32,000 nucleotides of DNA from Breznakia blatticola (GCF_004365815.1 NZ_SODD01000008.1:1-32000); one strand, 5' to 3'; numbered from the stretch's first letter, positions 17,494 through 26,090 are shown. Program-made: numbers and translations. Notes: generated from the letters alone by a model not told the origin.

Positions 17494-18906
17494 ATGAAAG
17501 GTTTTACAAACTGGATGGAGCAACATTTTGTTCCAGTCGCAGCGAAAATTGGTTCGCAAAAACACTTAGTTGCAATTCGTGATGCGTTTATCGCAATTAT
17601 GCCAATCACAATGGCAGGAGCATTTGCAACATTACTAAACGTATTCTTTAGAGATTTACCAAACGAATGGTGGGGAGCAGGAAACAGTTTCGTTTCAAAC
17701 TCATTCGTATCTGGAATTATTGGAGTTAACGGTAACGTTTGGTGGGGTACATTAGCAATCTTATCAATGGTATTCGTATTTGCTCTTGGTTACCAACTTG
17801 CAAAAGTTTACAAAGTTCCAGCATTAGCTGGTGGGGTAGTTGCTTTTGCAGCATTCATTACAGTTACACCACAATCTGCATTTGCAGCAATTGACTTAGG
17901 GGAAACAGTTTTAGGTGCTGATGCACTAGAAATTTTCAAAACAGCTGGATTAACACTTGGTACAGCAGATGCTGGAGGAACTGTTATTTCTGGAATTGGA
18001 GCTTGGGGAAATCTTAACTGGTCGTACCTAAACGCTGGTGGATTATTTACAGCATTAATCGTTGGGTTAGTAACTGGAGTTATTTACTGTAAATTAATGT
18101 TAGCTAAAATTACAATTAAATTACCAGATTCAGTACCACCTGCAGTATCGAAAGCATTCGCATCAATTATTCCTGGAGTAATCGCAATTTACATTGCTGG
18201 TATCGCTGCTTACTTAGTAAACTTATGGACTGGTTCTTCAATTGGAGATCTTATCTTCGAAAACGTACAAGCACCATTCTTAGCGTTATCTCAAGGATTT
18301 GGAGCAGTAATCATCGTAGTTATCGCAGTACAATTATTCTGGTTCTTTGGAATCCACGGAACAAACGTACTTGCACCAGTATTAGATGGTGTATACTTAA
18401 CAGCTACTACTGAAAACAACGTTGCACACACTGCTGGAAAAGCAATGGAATACATGTGGACTCGTGGATCATTTGATGCATACGTTTGGATGGGTGGAGC
18501 TGGATGTTCAATTGCCTTAATTATCGCAATCTTCATCTTCTCAAAACGTCAAGAATCAAAAACAATTGCAGCACTATCTGCACCAATGGGATTTTTCAAC
18601 ATTAACGAACCAATCGTATTTGGTATGCCAATCGTGCTTAACCCAATTTACTTCATCCCTTGGATGTTAGTACCAATTGTACTTACAATCATTGCATATG
18701 CAGCTACAGCAGCTCAAATTGTTCCACCTGTATATGTACCAGTACCTTGGATTATGCCTCCAGTAGTTTATGCAATTCTTGCAACTGGTGGTAATATATT
18801 AGCGGGTGTATTAGCACTTGTTAACCTTGTAATAGGAGTTGTTATTTGGGGAATCTTCGTTCTTATCGGTAACAAAGTTGATTTAGCTGATACAGAAGCT
18901 GAATAG
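17494..18906 (+). CDS. PTS Lac/Cel-family EIIC permease, 470 aa
   Basis: N-terminus FVPVAAKIGSQKHLVAIRDAFIAIMPITMAGAF is characteristic of cellobiose/lichenan-type IIC. Polytopic membrane protein with a GGAGAGG SD. Confidence 0.93.
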   Translation: MKGFTNWMEQHFVPVAAKIGSQKHLVAIRDAFIAIMPITMAGAFATLLNVFFRDLPNEWWGAGNSFVSNSFVSGIIGVNGNVWWGTLAILSMVFVFALGYQLAKVYKVPALAGGVVAFAAFITVTPQSAFAAIDLGETVLGADALEIFKTAGLTLGTADAGGTVISGIGAWGNLNWSYLNAGGLFTALIVGLVTGVIYCKLMLAKITIKLPDSVPPAVSKAFASIIPGVIAIYIAGIAAYLVNLWTGSSIGDLIFENVQAPFLALSQGFGAVIIVVIAVQLFWFFGIHGTNVLAPVLDGVYLTATTENNVAHTAGKAMEYMWTRGSFDAYVWMGGAGCSIALIIAIFIFSKRQESKTIAALSAPMGFFNINEPIVFGMPIVLNPIYFIPWMLVPIVLTIIAYAATAAQIVPPVYVPVPWIMPPVVYAILATGGNILAGVLALVNLVIGVVIWGIFVLIGNKVDLADTEAE

Positions 18907-18919
18907 GACTTAACATTTT

Positions 18920-18946
18920 AAGGAGGATATTCAATCCTCCTTTTGC
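18920..18946 (+). terminator. Terminator-like hairpin between EIIC and EIIA
   Basis: AAGGAGGAT (18920-18928), loop ATTCA, ATCCTCCTT (18934-18942), followed by a short T-run (TTTT). Possibly a partial terminator or an RNA-stability element. Confidence 0.45.
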
Positions 18947-18967
18947 ACTAATTATAGGAGGTTAGTT

Positions 18968-19279
18968 ATGGAAGGATTAGAATTAGTATGTTTTCAAATC
19001 ATTTCAAATGTTGGGGGAGCTAGAAGTTGCTTTATTGAAGCAATCCAACATGCGAAAGCTGGGGAATATGAAAAAGCACAAGAATCGATCACTGAAGGAG
19101 AGAAATTCTTCACAGAAGGACATCACGCACACGCAAAATTGATTCAACAAGAAGCTAATGGAGAATTGGAAAAAGTAACATTATTGTTACTTCATGCAGA
19201 GGATCAATTAATGAGTGCTGAAGCATTCAAGATTTTAGCAAACGAGTTTATTGACGTATACAAAAGATTAGATAAGTAG
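18968..19279 (+). CDS. PTS Lac/Cel-family EIIA component, 103 aa
   Basis: Three-helix-bundle EIIA pattern: IISNVGGARSCFIEAIQHAKAGEYEKAQ ... HHAHAKLIQQEA ... LLLLHAEDQLMSAE. Confidence 0.92.
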   Translation: MEGLELVCFQIISNVGGARSCFIEAIQHAKAGEYEKAQESITEGEKFFTEGHHAHAKLIQQEANGELEKVTLLLLHAEDQLMSAEAFKILANEFIDVYKRLDK

Positions 19280-19292
19280 TAAGGAGTAAAAG

Positions 19293-19508
19293 ATGATTAA
19301 AATTTCGTGTCCGATGAAACAAGACTTTATTATTGAAATTGTTGAAGGAATTGATAAATACAAATATACTTTTGAAAAAAAAGAAGGTATTAACTTATTT
19401 TTTGCAGTAGATGCACAAGATATGGAAGATGCAATCGCTACAGCGAAAGCAGCAATTAAAGCAACAGAGATTGGTTCCGTTTTATACTTTTCAGTTTCGG
19501 TTGCATAG
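19293..19508 (+). CDS. Hypothetical small cytoplasmic protein, 71 aa
   Basis: AAGGAG SD and tight operon packing after EIIA. I could not assign a confident family from the sequence alone. Confidence 0.6.
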   Translation: MIKISCPMKQDFIIEIVEGIDKYKYTFEKKEGINLFFAVDAQDMEDAIATAKAAIKATEIGSVLYFSVSVA

Positions 19509-19537
19509 TATATAATAATAGAAGTTAGGTGGTAAAC

Positions 19538-19696
19538 ATGAAGAAAGAAAATGCATTAGTACTTTTAGGATTAGGTTGTTTGTTAATTTGCTTTTATCCG
19601 CTGATGGGAAATAGTATACCAATGTTAGTTAGTGGTGTTGTCATCGCAGGGTATGGTGCCTTTCAATTGTTTAAAAACAGAAAGAAGGATAAATAA
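19538..19696 (+). CDS. Hypothetical 52-aa two-TM micro-protein (MKKENALVLLGLGCLLICFYPLMGNSIPMLVSGVVIAGYGAFQLFKNRKKDK)
   Basis: AGGTGG SD 7 nt upstream. TAATG overlap with the next gene. Two hydrophobic helices and a basic C-terminus. Below the ORF-track size cutoff. Confidence 0.5.
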   Translation: MKKENALVLLGLGCLLICFYPLMGNSIPMLVSGVVIAGYGAFQLFKNRKKDK

Positions 19697-20142
19697 TGGA
19701 AGCAACTAGATTGATGCGCGGTAAAAAGGAAACGTGTTATAAACTTTTTATGGAGTCGATATTAGCAGATATCAATGCAAACAGCGAAGATGGTAAGCAA
19801 TATACAGAAAGTGATTTACATTCTGGATTTACTTATTACAAGCAATTAAAAACAAAGATGGGACAAGAAGGACGTGTTAAGGTAGAATTGACTGAACTTG
19901 TACCAAATGAAGTATATGTTGCAAAATTCTTTAGTGCGCAAGGTGTTAATACGGTATCGTATCATCTTGAAGATGAAGATGAAGATCTTTTTGCTCTTAC
20001 TTATGAAGAAGATTTTATTTCTGATAAAACAAGCAAAAACTTGAATTTTAGTTTAATGAATAAATTATTCTCTCGTTCAAGTAAAAAAAAGATGGATCTT
20101 ATGTTTAACCAACTTCAAACATTACTAGATAGTAAAGAATAG
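19696..20142 (+). CDS. DUF3284-like protein, 148 aa
   Basis: Size, the N-terminal CYKLFMESILADI pattern and the position inside a Lac/Cel PTS operon next to DUF871 fit my recollection of DUF3284. This is not a searched hit. Confidence 0.65.
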   Translation: MEATRLMRGKKETCYKLFMESILADINANSEDGKQYTESDLHSGFTYYKQLKTKMGQEGRVKVELTELVPNEVYVAKFFSAQGVNTVSYHLEDEDEDLFALTYEEDFISDKTSKNLNFSLMNKLFSRSSKKKMDLMFNQLQTLLDSKE

Positions 20143-20165
20143 TGGTTAACACTATTCTTTTTTTA
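20134..20165 (+). terminator. Intra-operon intrinsic terminator between the DUF3284-like and DUF871 genes
   Basis: 11-bp stem AAAGAATAGTG/CACTATTCTTT spanning the stop codon, loop GTTAA, then a T-run. Confidence 0.7.
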
Positions 20166-20184
20166 AAAGAAAGGGAAGAAAAAG

Positions 20185-21273
20185 ATGGCTCGATTAGGAA
20201 TATCTGTATATCCAGAACATGCACCTTTAGAAAAAAATAAAGCGTATATTAAAGATGCTGCTGAATGTGGATTTACAAGAATCTTCACTTGTCTATTAAG
20301 TGTTGAAGGAAGAACAAAACAAGAAATATTAGAAGAATTTAGAGAAATGATCGATTATGCACATACATTCAACATGGAAGTAATTTTAGATGTTGCACCA
20401 TTTGTGTTTGAAAAGTTAGGTGCAAGTTATGATGATCTATCATTTTTTAAAGAAATGCATGCTGATGGAATTCGTTTAGATGAAGGATTTGGTGGGCAAA
20501 AAGAAAGCCTTATGACGTACAATAAAGAAGGCTTAAAAATCGAAATTAATGCAAGTTTTGGAAATGGATATATTGATAATATTATTTCTCATTATCCAGA
20601 CAAAGATAAAATGATTACTTGTCACAATTTTTATCCACAAAGATACACAGGTTTAAGTGAAAAACATTTCAATTTATGCAATAATATGATTAAGAAACAC
20701 GGCTTAAAAATTGCAGCCTTCGTTTCTAGTCAAGCAAAGGGAACGTTTGGGCCTTGGCCAGTGAACGAAGGATTGTGTACACTTGAATCACATCGTGATT
20801 TACCAATTGATGTGCAAATGCGTCACTTGGTAGCGACAGGTATGATTGATGATGTAATTATCGGAAACCAATTTGCTACACGTGAAGAATTAGAAACTTG
20901 TGCGAAAATTCAACCAGGTTTATTGACGTTTAAAATTGATTACGAAAAAGAATTGCATCCAACAGAACGCAAAGTAATTTTTGAACATGAACATTATGTT
21001 CGTGGAGATATGAGTGAGTACATGGCACGTTCGACGTTTCCACGTGTAACGTATGCAAGTGAAAGTGTACCACCAGAAAACACAAGGGACTTACGTCGTG
21101 GGGATGTAATCGTTGTTAATGATAACTACTCACGTTACAAAGGTGAGTTACACATCGTATTAAAAGATATGCCAAATGATGGGCGCAAGAATGTTATCGG
21201 ACGAATTCCTGATAATGAAATGATGTTACTTGATTACATCGAACCTTGGAGACCATTCGGTTTTATGGAATAG
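20185..21273 (+). CDS. DUF871 / MupG-like 6-phospho-sugar hydrolase (6-phospho-N-acetylmuramidase family), 362 aa
   Basis: N-terminus LGISVYPEH followed by a TIM-barrel-like region and a C-terminal beta domain, as in DUF871 proteins. Encoded with a PTS and a GntR regulator. Confidence 0.8.
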   Translation: MARLGISVYPEHAPLEKNKAYIKDAAECGFTRIFTCLLSVEGRTKQEILEEFREMIDYAHTFNMEVILDVAPFVFEKLGASYDDLSFFKEMHADGIRLDEGFGGQKESLMTYNKEGLKIEINASFGNGYIDNIISHYPDKDKMITCHNFYPQRYTGLSEKHFNLCNNMIKKHGLKIAAFVSSQAKGTFGPWPVNEGLCTLESHRDLPIDVQMRHLVATGMIDDVIIGNQFATREELETCAKIQPGLLTFKIDYEKELHPTERKVIFEHEHYVRGDMSEYMARSTFPRVTYASESVPPENTRDLRRGDVIVVNDNYSRYKGELHIVLKDMPNDGRKNVIGRIPDNEMMLLDYIEPWRPFGFME

Positions 21274-21300
21274 CATTTTTGCTTGAAGGGGGGAGAACGC

Positions 21301-21969
21301 ATGGATGTTCCTGTTTATAAGAAAATCCAACAGGAAATGCTGGAAATGATAAAAGATTTACCACCCAATTCACCAATTCCAAGTGAGCGTGATCTCACGA
21401 AACGTTTTGATGCAAGTCGAATGACGGTGCGCAAAGCAGTTTCGGCATTGGTTGATGAGGGGTATCTATATCGTGACAGTAATCGGGGAACGTTTGTTGC
21501 TGATAGCACCCTTCATAAAAAGAATACATTGATTAACACAGAAGATATAGATAGTCTTACATATAAGATGATTTATTTCGATGTGAAAGCGAGTTCAGGT
21601 GATGATGTACAAGCAGCTTTACGAATAAGTGATGATGAACCAGTGGTTCGAATGATTCGCTTAGTAAGTAAAAATGAAGTGCCACAATGTATTGAAGAAA
21701 TATATATTCGTCGCTTAAATTTAAGTGATGAAGAATTAAGAAATCTTCCAAATTGGAAAGATTTCAATCGCTTGTATAGTGAAGGAAGTTTAACTTCACG
21801 TTTTAAGCCGGTGATGGTACCACCACAATATGCACATATGTTAGCGGTTCGCGTAAACGAACCAATCATCCTTGTCGAAAACATTGTGAATCGTATTAGT
21901 GGGGAACCAGTCATCTTTATGAAGGTGTACAACAACCCAGCAGAAAAAGTCATTGAAATCGTAACATAG
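21301..21969 (+). CDS. GntR/HutC-family transcriptional regulator (wHTH + UTRA domain), 222 aa
   Basis: ORF call trimmed to the ATG at 21301 (GGGGGGAG SD). PLYKQI-like opening VPVYKKIQQEM. PSERDLTKRFDASRMTVRKAVSALVDEGYLYRDSNRGTFV. UTRA-sized C-terminal domain. Confidence 0.9.
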   Translation: MDVPVYKKIQQEMLEMIKDLPPNSPIPSERDLTKRFDASRMTVRKAVSALVDEGYLYRDSNRGTFVADSTLHKKNTLINTEDIDSLTYKMIYFDVKASSGDDVQAALRISDDEPVVRMIRLVSKNEVPQCIEEIYIRRLNLSDEELRNLPNWKDFNRLYSEGSLTSRFKPVMVPPQYAHMLAVRVNEPIILVENIVNRISGEPVIFMKVYNNPAEKVIEIVT

Positions 21970-21973
21970 TCTA

Positions 21974-22002
21974 AAGACCGCTCTATAATGGCGGTTTTTT
22001 TG
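21974..22002 (+). terminator. Intrinsic terminator after the GntR gene
   Basis: ACCGC/GCGGT stem (21977-21981 pairs with 21991-21995) followed by a T7 tract. Confidence 0.55.
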
Positions 22003-22057
22003 TATATATTAGGAATTTTGAGTGATTTTGTGAATAGAGTATTGAAAGGAGTTTTCT

Positions 22058-22231
22058 ATGAAATATTTACATATCATATATCAAGTAAGTAGTTGGCTAG
22101 CCATTGGATTGGGATTACTTGTAACATTTAAAATTCTTCCACTTGATTTTACAAGTGTGATTTTCTTTTTCACATTTATTATGTTTGTTTCTTTGATATT
22201 GATGCGAAAACAAGATCATCATGATTCGTAA
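22058..22231 (+). CDS. Hypothetical 57-aa two-TM micro-protein (MKYLHIIYQVSSWLAIGLGLLVTFKILPLDFTSVIFFFTFIMFVSLILMRKQDHHDS)
   Basis: GAAAGGAG SD 7 nt upstream of the ATG. The 3' end overlaps the ABC exporter start by 11 nt, and that start has no SD of its own, which implies coupling. Below the ORF-track cutoff. Confidence 0.55.
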   Translation: MKYLHIIYQVSSWLAIGLGLLVTFKILPLDFTSVIFFFTFIMFVSLILMRKQDHHDS

Positions 22232-24377
22232 AAAGAAGTATGCATGTGTATTGCAGCGCGATGACTATGATTGTGGTGTTGCAGCATTAGCAAGTGTATT
22301 GCAACATTATGGATATACCTATAGTTATGAAGCATTACGTGAACAGTTAGGCGTTCAACTTCAAGGAACAAGAGTTCATGATTTGGTAGATGTTTTGCAC
22401 TCTTATGGATTTTTAGCACAAGCAGTTCGTACGAGTGTATCAGATTTACATAATGATATGATCTATCCTATTATTTTACAGGTTAGTAATTCACAAGGGC
22501 AGTGGCATTATATCTTACTTTATAAAATCACAAGAAAAGAAGAATACATTATTGCAGATCCAATTGCTGGTGTAAAAAAGATATCCAAGGAAGAATTGGA
22601 AACTATCTTTGGTGGGATTGTCATTGTATTAGTAAAAGAACATGATGTAAAACTAGCAAGTGTGAAAAGTCAGTCAATGTTTGGTTTGTTTGCGAATTTG
22701 ATGTTGCCATATAAGAAACTAATTTTACAAGTTATCTTTATGTCCATCTTTTTGACTGTGTTTGGCATTGTATCATCTCTTTGCTCAAAGATTGTGATGG
22801 ATGAATTAATTCCCTACAACAAAGGACAATTGCTAGTTGTGTATTTGGTATTCTTCTCGTTTGTCTTGTTGCTACAAAATACATTATCAGCAGCAAGAGA
22901 ACATGTCTTACTTTTCTTTTCAAGAAAGATTGATATTCCTTTATTACTTGGTTATTTCAAGCACGTTCTGTATCTATCATTTAGTTATTTTAAAAATCGC
23001 AAAGTGGGGGATATCCTAACGCGATTTCAAGATGCAATTACGATAAAGGAAGTGTTTTCAAATGTAGCGATTTCCTTATTGATGGATTGTGTCTTGGCGA
23101 TTTGTTCTTCAGTGATTTTATTTACGATGAATCGCACGTTATTTTCTATTTTGTTTGTGATTGTATTATTGAATATTGTCTTAATCTATGTCTTTAAGAA
23201 ACCATATAAGGCGATTAATATGAAGCAAATGGAAGCTAATTCGCAAATGAATGCAACATTAATTGAAACCTTGCAAAATATGGATACAGTGAAAGCGCAA
23301 AACAATGAAAAGCAACGTTTACTTGCAATAGAAAAAGCTTTTATTAAAACACTGACCATTAACTATAAAGAAGGAAAATTATCTATTCTACAATCTTTTT
23401 TATCCAATAGTATAAATGGACTAGCAAACTATATTTTTCTAGGTGTAGGTGCATACTACATCATGCAACAGAAAATGAGTATTGGTGATTTGTTGGTGTT
23501 TCAAACACTATCACAATATTTTATGGAACCGATACAAAGTTTAGTTTCCTTGCAGCTACGGTTTCAAGAAGTTGGAATTTCCATTGATCGGCTTCGAGAG
23601 TTAATGGAACTTGATAGTGAGGAAATGCAAGATGTAGCAATTACACAGTTTACATTAGATGCACCAATTGTATTTCATGATGTAAGTTTTGCATATGGAA
23701 AACAAGATTACCTATTTAAACAATTACGCTTTACGATTCAGCCTGGTCAAGTTATTGGGCTTGTTGGTGAAAGTGGTGGTGGGAAGACTTCACTTGTTCG
23801 TTTATTACTTCGCTATTATGAAGTAGAACATGGATCAATTACTATTGGTGATTATGATATTAAAGATTTGTGTATGCATGAATTGCGAAAGAAAATTGCA
23901 TATGTACCACAAGAAGTACAGTTATTCTCTGGGACATTATTAGATAATTTGAAACTTGCTAAACCAGATGCATCATATGAAGAGATTGTTCGAGTATGTA
24001 AACAAGTAGGAATACACGAATGGATTGATGGATTGGAAAAGCGGTATTTAAGTATGATACAAGAAGGTTCAAGTAATATTTCCGGAGGACAAAAACAACG
24101 AATTGGAATTGCTCGAGCCTTGCTTAAACAACCAGATATTTTTATCTTTGATGAAGTAACGAGTAATTTGGATAGTAAAAGTGAAGCGATGATTACAGAT
24201 ATTATATTTAATCAACTTGAAGGTTACACAAGAATACTCATTGCACATCGTCTATCTACAATTCGGTCGTGTGATGTAATTCATGTACTCAACCAGGGAA
24301 AAATATTGGAAAGTGGAAGTCATGAGGAATTATATACACGAAAAGGCTTATATTATCGTATGTTAGAAAAAACATAA
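22221..24377 (+). CDS. Peptidase-C39-domain ABC exporter (bacteriocin/peptide cleavage-export type, ComA/LagD/LcnC-like), 718 aa
   Basis: N-terminal C39 domain with Q12, catalytic C18 (QRDDYDCGVAAL), His (GQWHYILLYK) and Asp (IIADP). Six-TM ABC membrane domain. Walker A GESGGGKTS, signature ISGGQKQRIGIARAL, Walker B IFIFDE, H-loop IAHRL. Confidence 0.95.
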   Translation: MIRKKKYACVLQRDDYDCGVAALASVLQHYGYTYSYEALREQLGVQLQGTRVHDLVDVLHSYGFLAQAVRTSVSDLHNDMIYPIILQVSNSQGQWHYILLYKITRKEEYIIADPIAGVKKISKEELETIFGGIVIVLVKEHDVKLASVKSQSMFGLFANLMLPYKKLILQVIFMSIFLTVFGIVSSLCSKIVMDELIPYNKGQLLVVYLVFFSFVLLLQNTLSAAREHVLLFFSRKIDIPLLLGYFKHVLYLSFSYFKNRKVGDILTRFQDAITIKEVFSNVAISLLMDCVLAICSSVILFTMNRTLFSILFVIVLLNIVLIYVFKKPYKAINMKQMEANSQMNATLIETLQNMDTVKAQNNEKQRLLAIEKAFIKTLTINYKEGKLSILQSFLSNSINGLANYIFLGVGAYYIMQQKMSIGDLLVFQTLSQYFMEPIQSLVSLQLRFQEVGISIDRLRELMELDSEEMQDVAITQFTLDAPIVFHDVSFAYGKQDYLFKQLRFTIQPGQVIGLVGESGGGKTSLVRLLLRYYEVEHGSITIGDYDIKDLCMHELRKKIAYVPQEVQLFSGTLLDNLKLAKPDASYEEIVRVCKQVGIHEWIDGLEKRYLSMIQEGSSNISGGQKQRIGIARALLKQPDIFIFDEVTSNLDSKSEAMITDIIFNQLEGYTRILIAHRLSTIRSCDVIHVLNQGKILESGSHEELYTRKGLYYRMLEKT

Positions 24378-24388
24378 GAAAGGAATTT

Positions 24389-24871
24389 ATGAAACATATA
24401 AAAATTAGTGAACATGCATCATTACAATTACAACAATTAATTACTGAACCGATTCATCAAATACAAGTGTATGAATTTGAACGATATCTGCAACAATTCA
24501 TCAATCGTATCCAACTTCAACAAGTCGATGTTCATGGTCCATTAATTCATAAATTGTGTGGAAGTACATTTACAGATGAAGGTGATTTATTGTTGGATTA
24601 TACGTTGATGATGCAAACAAACACTATACATGAATCATTTTCAACCATTCAGCAAATCACGCTTGAAGATTGCTTGTGTGTAGAATTTTGCGACCATCCA
24701 AGATTTTTTGATTTATCACATCAAAAGTTAAGTGTGTATTTGTATGAACATGAATATGCTAGCACTGGAGAACTATATACATTGTTTTATGAGAATAGTG
24801 AAGAACGAATTCATGCAGTGATGTATGTTCCTTTAGAAGGAATAACACATGAAACTATACAACGTACATGA
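24389..24871 (+). CDS. Hypothetical cytoplasmic His/Cys/Gln-rich protein, 160 aa (GyrI/SbmC-like fold suspected)
   Basis: GAAAGGA SD. Sits between the exporter and the adaptor, and overlaps the adaptor gene by 23 nt. No signal peptide or TM. The predicted pattern looks like a duplicated beta-alpha-beta-beta module. CxCx3CxH cluster (C95, C97, C101, H103). Confidence 0.7.
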   Translation: MKHIKISEHASLQLQQLITEPIHQIQVYEFERYLQQFINRIQLQQVDVHGPLIHKLCGSTFTDEGDLLLDYTLMMQTNTIHESFSTIQQITLEDCLCVEFCDHPRFFDLSHQKLSVYLYEHEYASTGELYTLFYENSEERIHAVMYVPLEGITHETIQRT

Positions 24872-26060
24872 TTTGAAGTTTACACGCTTTTTCTTTGATC
24901 GCAAACCGCCAAAGTATATATGGATTACTTTGCTTGTGACTGTATTGTTTACGAGTCTTATTGCTTGGGGTTCATGTTTTCTTTTGAAACCCTATGTTGT
25001 CTATGGACAAGGCAATATCGTCGCAAAAGATAGTCATTATGTAACTAGTAATGTACAAGGTGCTGTTATCTCAATAGAAACAAGTGAAGGTGAATATGTA
25101 GAAAATGGCGATATCTTATTTGTTGTTAGTGATGGGAAAAATGGTAGTGAAGTAGAAGCTTTACTCGAGCAATACAATCAAGCAAAAGAAAAACTATCCA
25201 TTATGGATTTATATGAAAGTTCATTGCGTGAGAAGGTAAATCATTTACAAAATCATGGATTGCAACAAGAATACTATGGAAAAGTCGAATACTATTTACT
25301 ACAAGTAAAAGAAGAACAAATCTCACGAAAACGAGTAGAAGAAAGTTTATATCAAAAAAATCAAAAGCTTTCCCAAGAGCAAAAAACTCTTGCAAGCATC
25401 AGTGATCCTATGGAAAAGGAGGGAAAGCAAAGTAGTGTAGAAGCTTTGCAAGACGAAGTAAAACAGCTGCAGCAAGAACTACAAAACATTCCACAAAGTG
25501 ATAAACTATTTTATCAATTCATCAGTGAGTTAGGTACACAAAGAACTCAAGTAGAAACCCAAAAACAAGAGTTAGAGGGAAATCATTTACTAGCATCAAC
25601 AAATGAATCAACCTATGTGATTCGTGCAACTAGTGAAGGATATGTACACTATTTAAATCCTATGTACGAAGGAGTAAGCATTCAAGCAAATGGAGTAGTA
25701 GCAAGTATTAGTAAAGATGAACCAAATCGTTGGGTAGTGGAAACGTATGTCGATGCAAATGATATAGCAAAGATTAAACTTGGTGATCCAGTGTTCATAC
25801 AACTACATGGTTTGAATGAACACCTTTATCCAAATATACCAGGAATGGTAGTGAGTATTGATCAAGGCACGTTGCAACAAGAGACAAGTAATGGACAAGT
25901 TCTTGTATATCGGATGATTGTTATGATGGACTATGCAAAGGTCAAAGACACAAAGAGTTTTAAACAATTAAAAAAATCGATGCCAGTAACCTGTAAAATT
26001 GTTTATGAAGAAGAAAGCTATTTAGACTATGTATTATCCTTACTCAACTTTACATCATAG
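24849..26060 (+). CDS. HlyD-family secretion adaptor / bacteriocin export accessory protein (ComB/LcnD-like), 403 aa
   Basis: N-terminal TM (YIWITLLVTVLFTSLIAWGSCFLL). Lipoyl-like segment (GAVISIETSEGEYVENGDILFVV). Long Q/E/K coiled coil and a C-terminal beta-barrel region (GDPVFIQLHG...). Confidence 0.85.
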   Translation: MKLYNVHDLKFTRFFFDRKPPKYIWITLLVTVLFTSLIAWGSCFLLKPYVVYGQGNIVAKDSHYVTSNVQGAVISIETSEGEYVENGDILFVVSDGKNGSEVEALLEQYNQAKEKLSIMDLYESSLREKVNHLQNHGLQQEYYGKVEYYLLQVKEEQISRKRVEESLYQKNQKLSQEQKTLASISDPMEKEGKQSSVEALQDEVKQLQQELQNIPQSDKLFYQFISELGTQRTQVETQKQELEGNHLLASTNESTYVIRATSEGYVHYLNPMYEGVSIQANGVVASISKDEPNRWVVETYVDANDIAKIKLGDPVFIQLHGLNEHLYPNIPGMVVSIDQGTLQQETSNGQVLVYRMIVMMDYAKVKDTKSFKQLKKSMPVTCKIVYEEESYLDYVLSLLNFTS

Positions 26061-26065
26061 AATTG

Positions 26066-26090
26066 AAAGAATCTTAGGATTCTTTTTTTT
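26066..26090 (+). terminator. Intrinsic terminator after the exporter/adaptor operon
   Basis: AAAGAATC/GATTCTTT stem, loop TTAG, followed by a T8 tract. Confidence 0.8.

Noticed and set aside
17683-17712. Tandem NSFVS-NSFVS repeat in EIIC.
   Set aside because: The two copies use different codons (AGT/TCA, GTT/GTA, TCA/TCT). It is therefore not a recent DNA duplication or slippage artefact and is probably an ordinary loop sequence.
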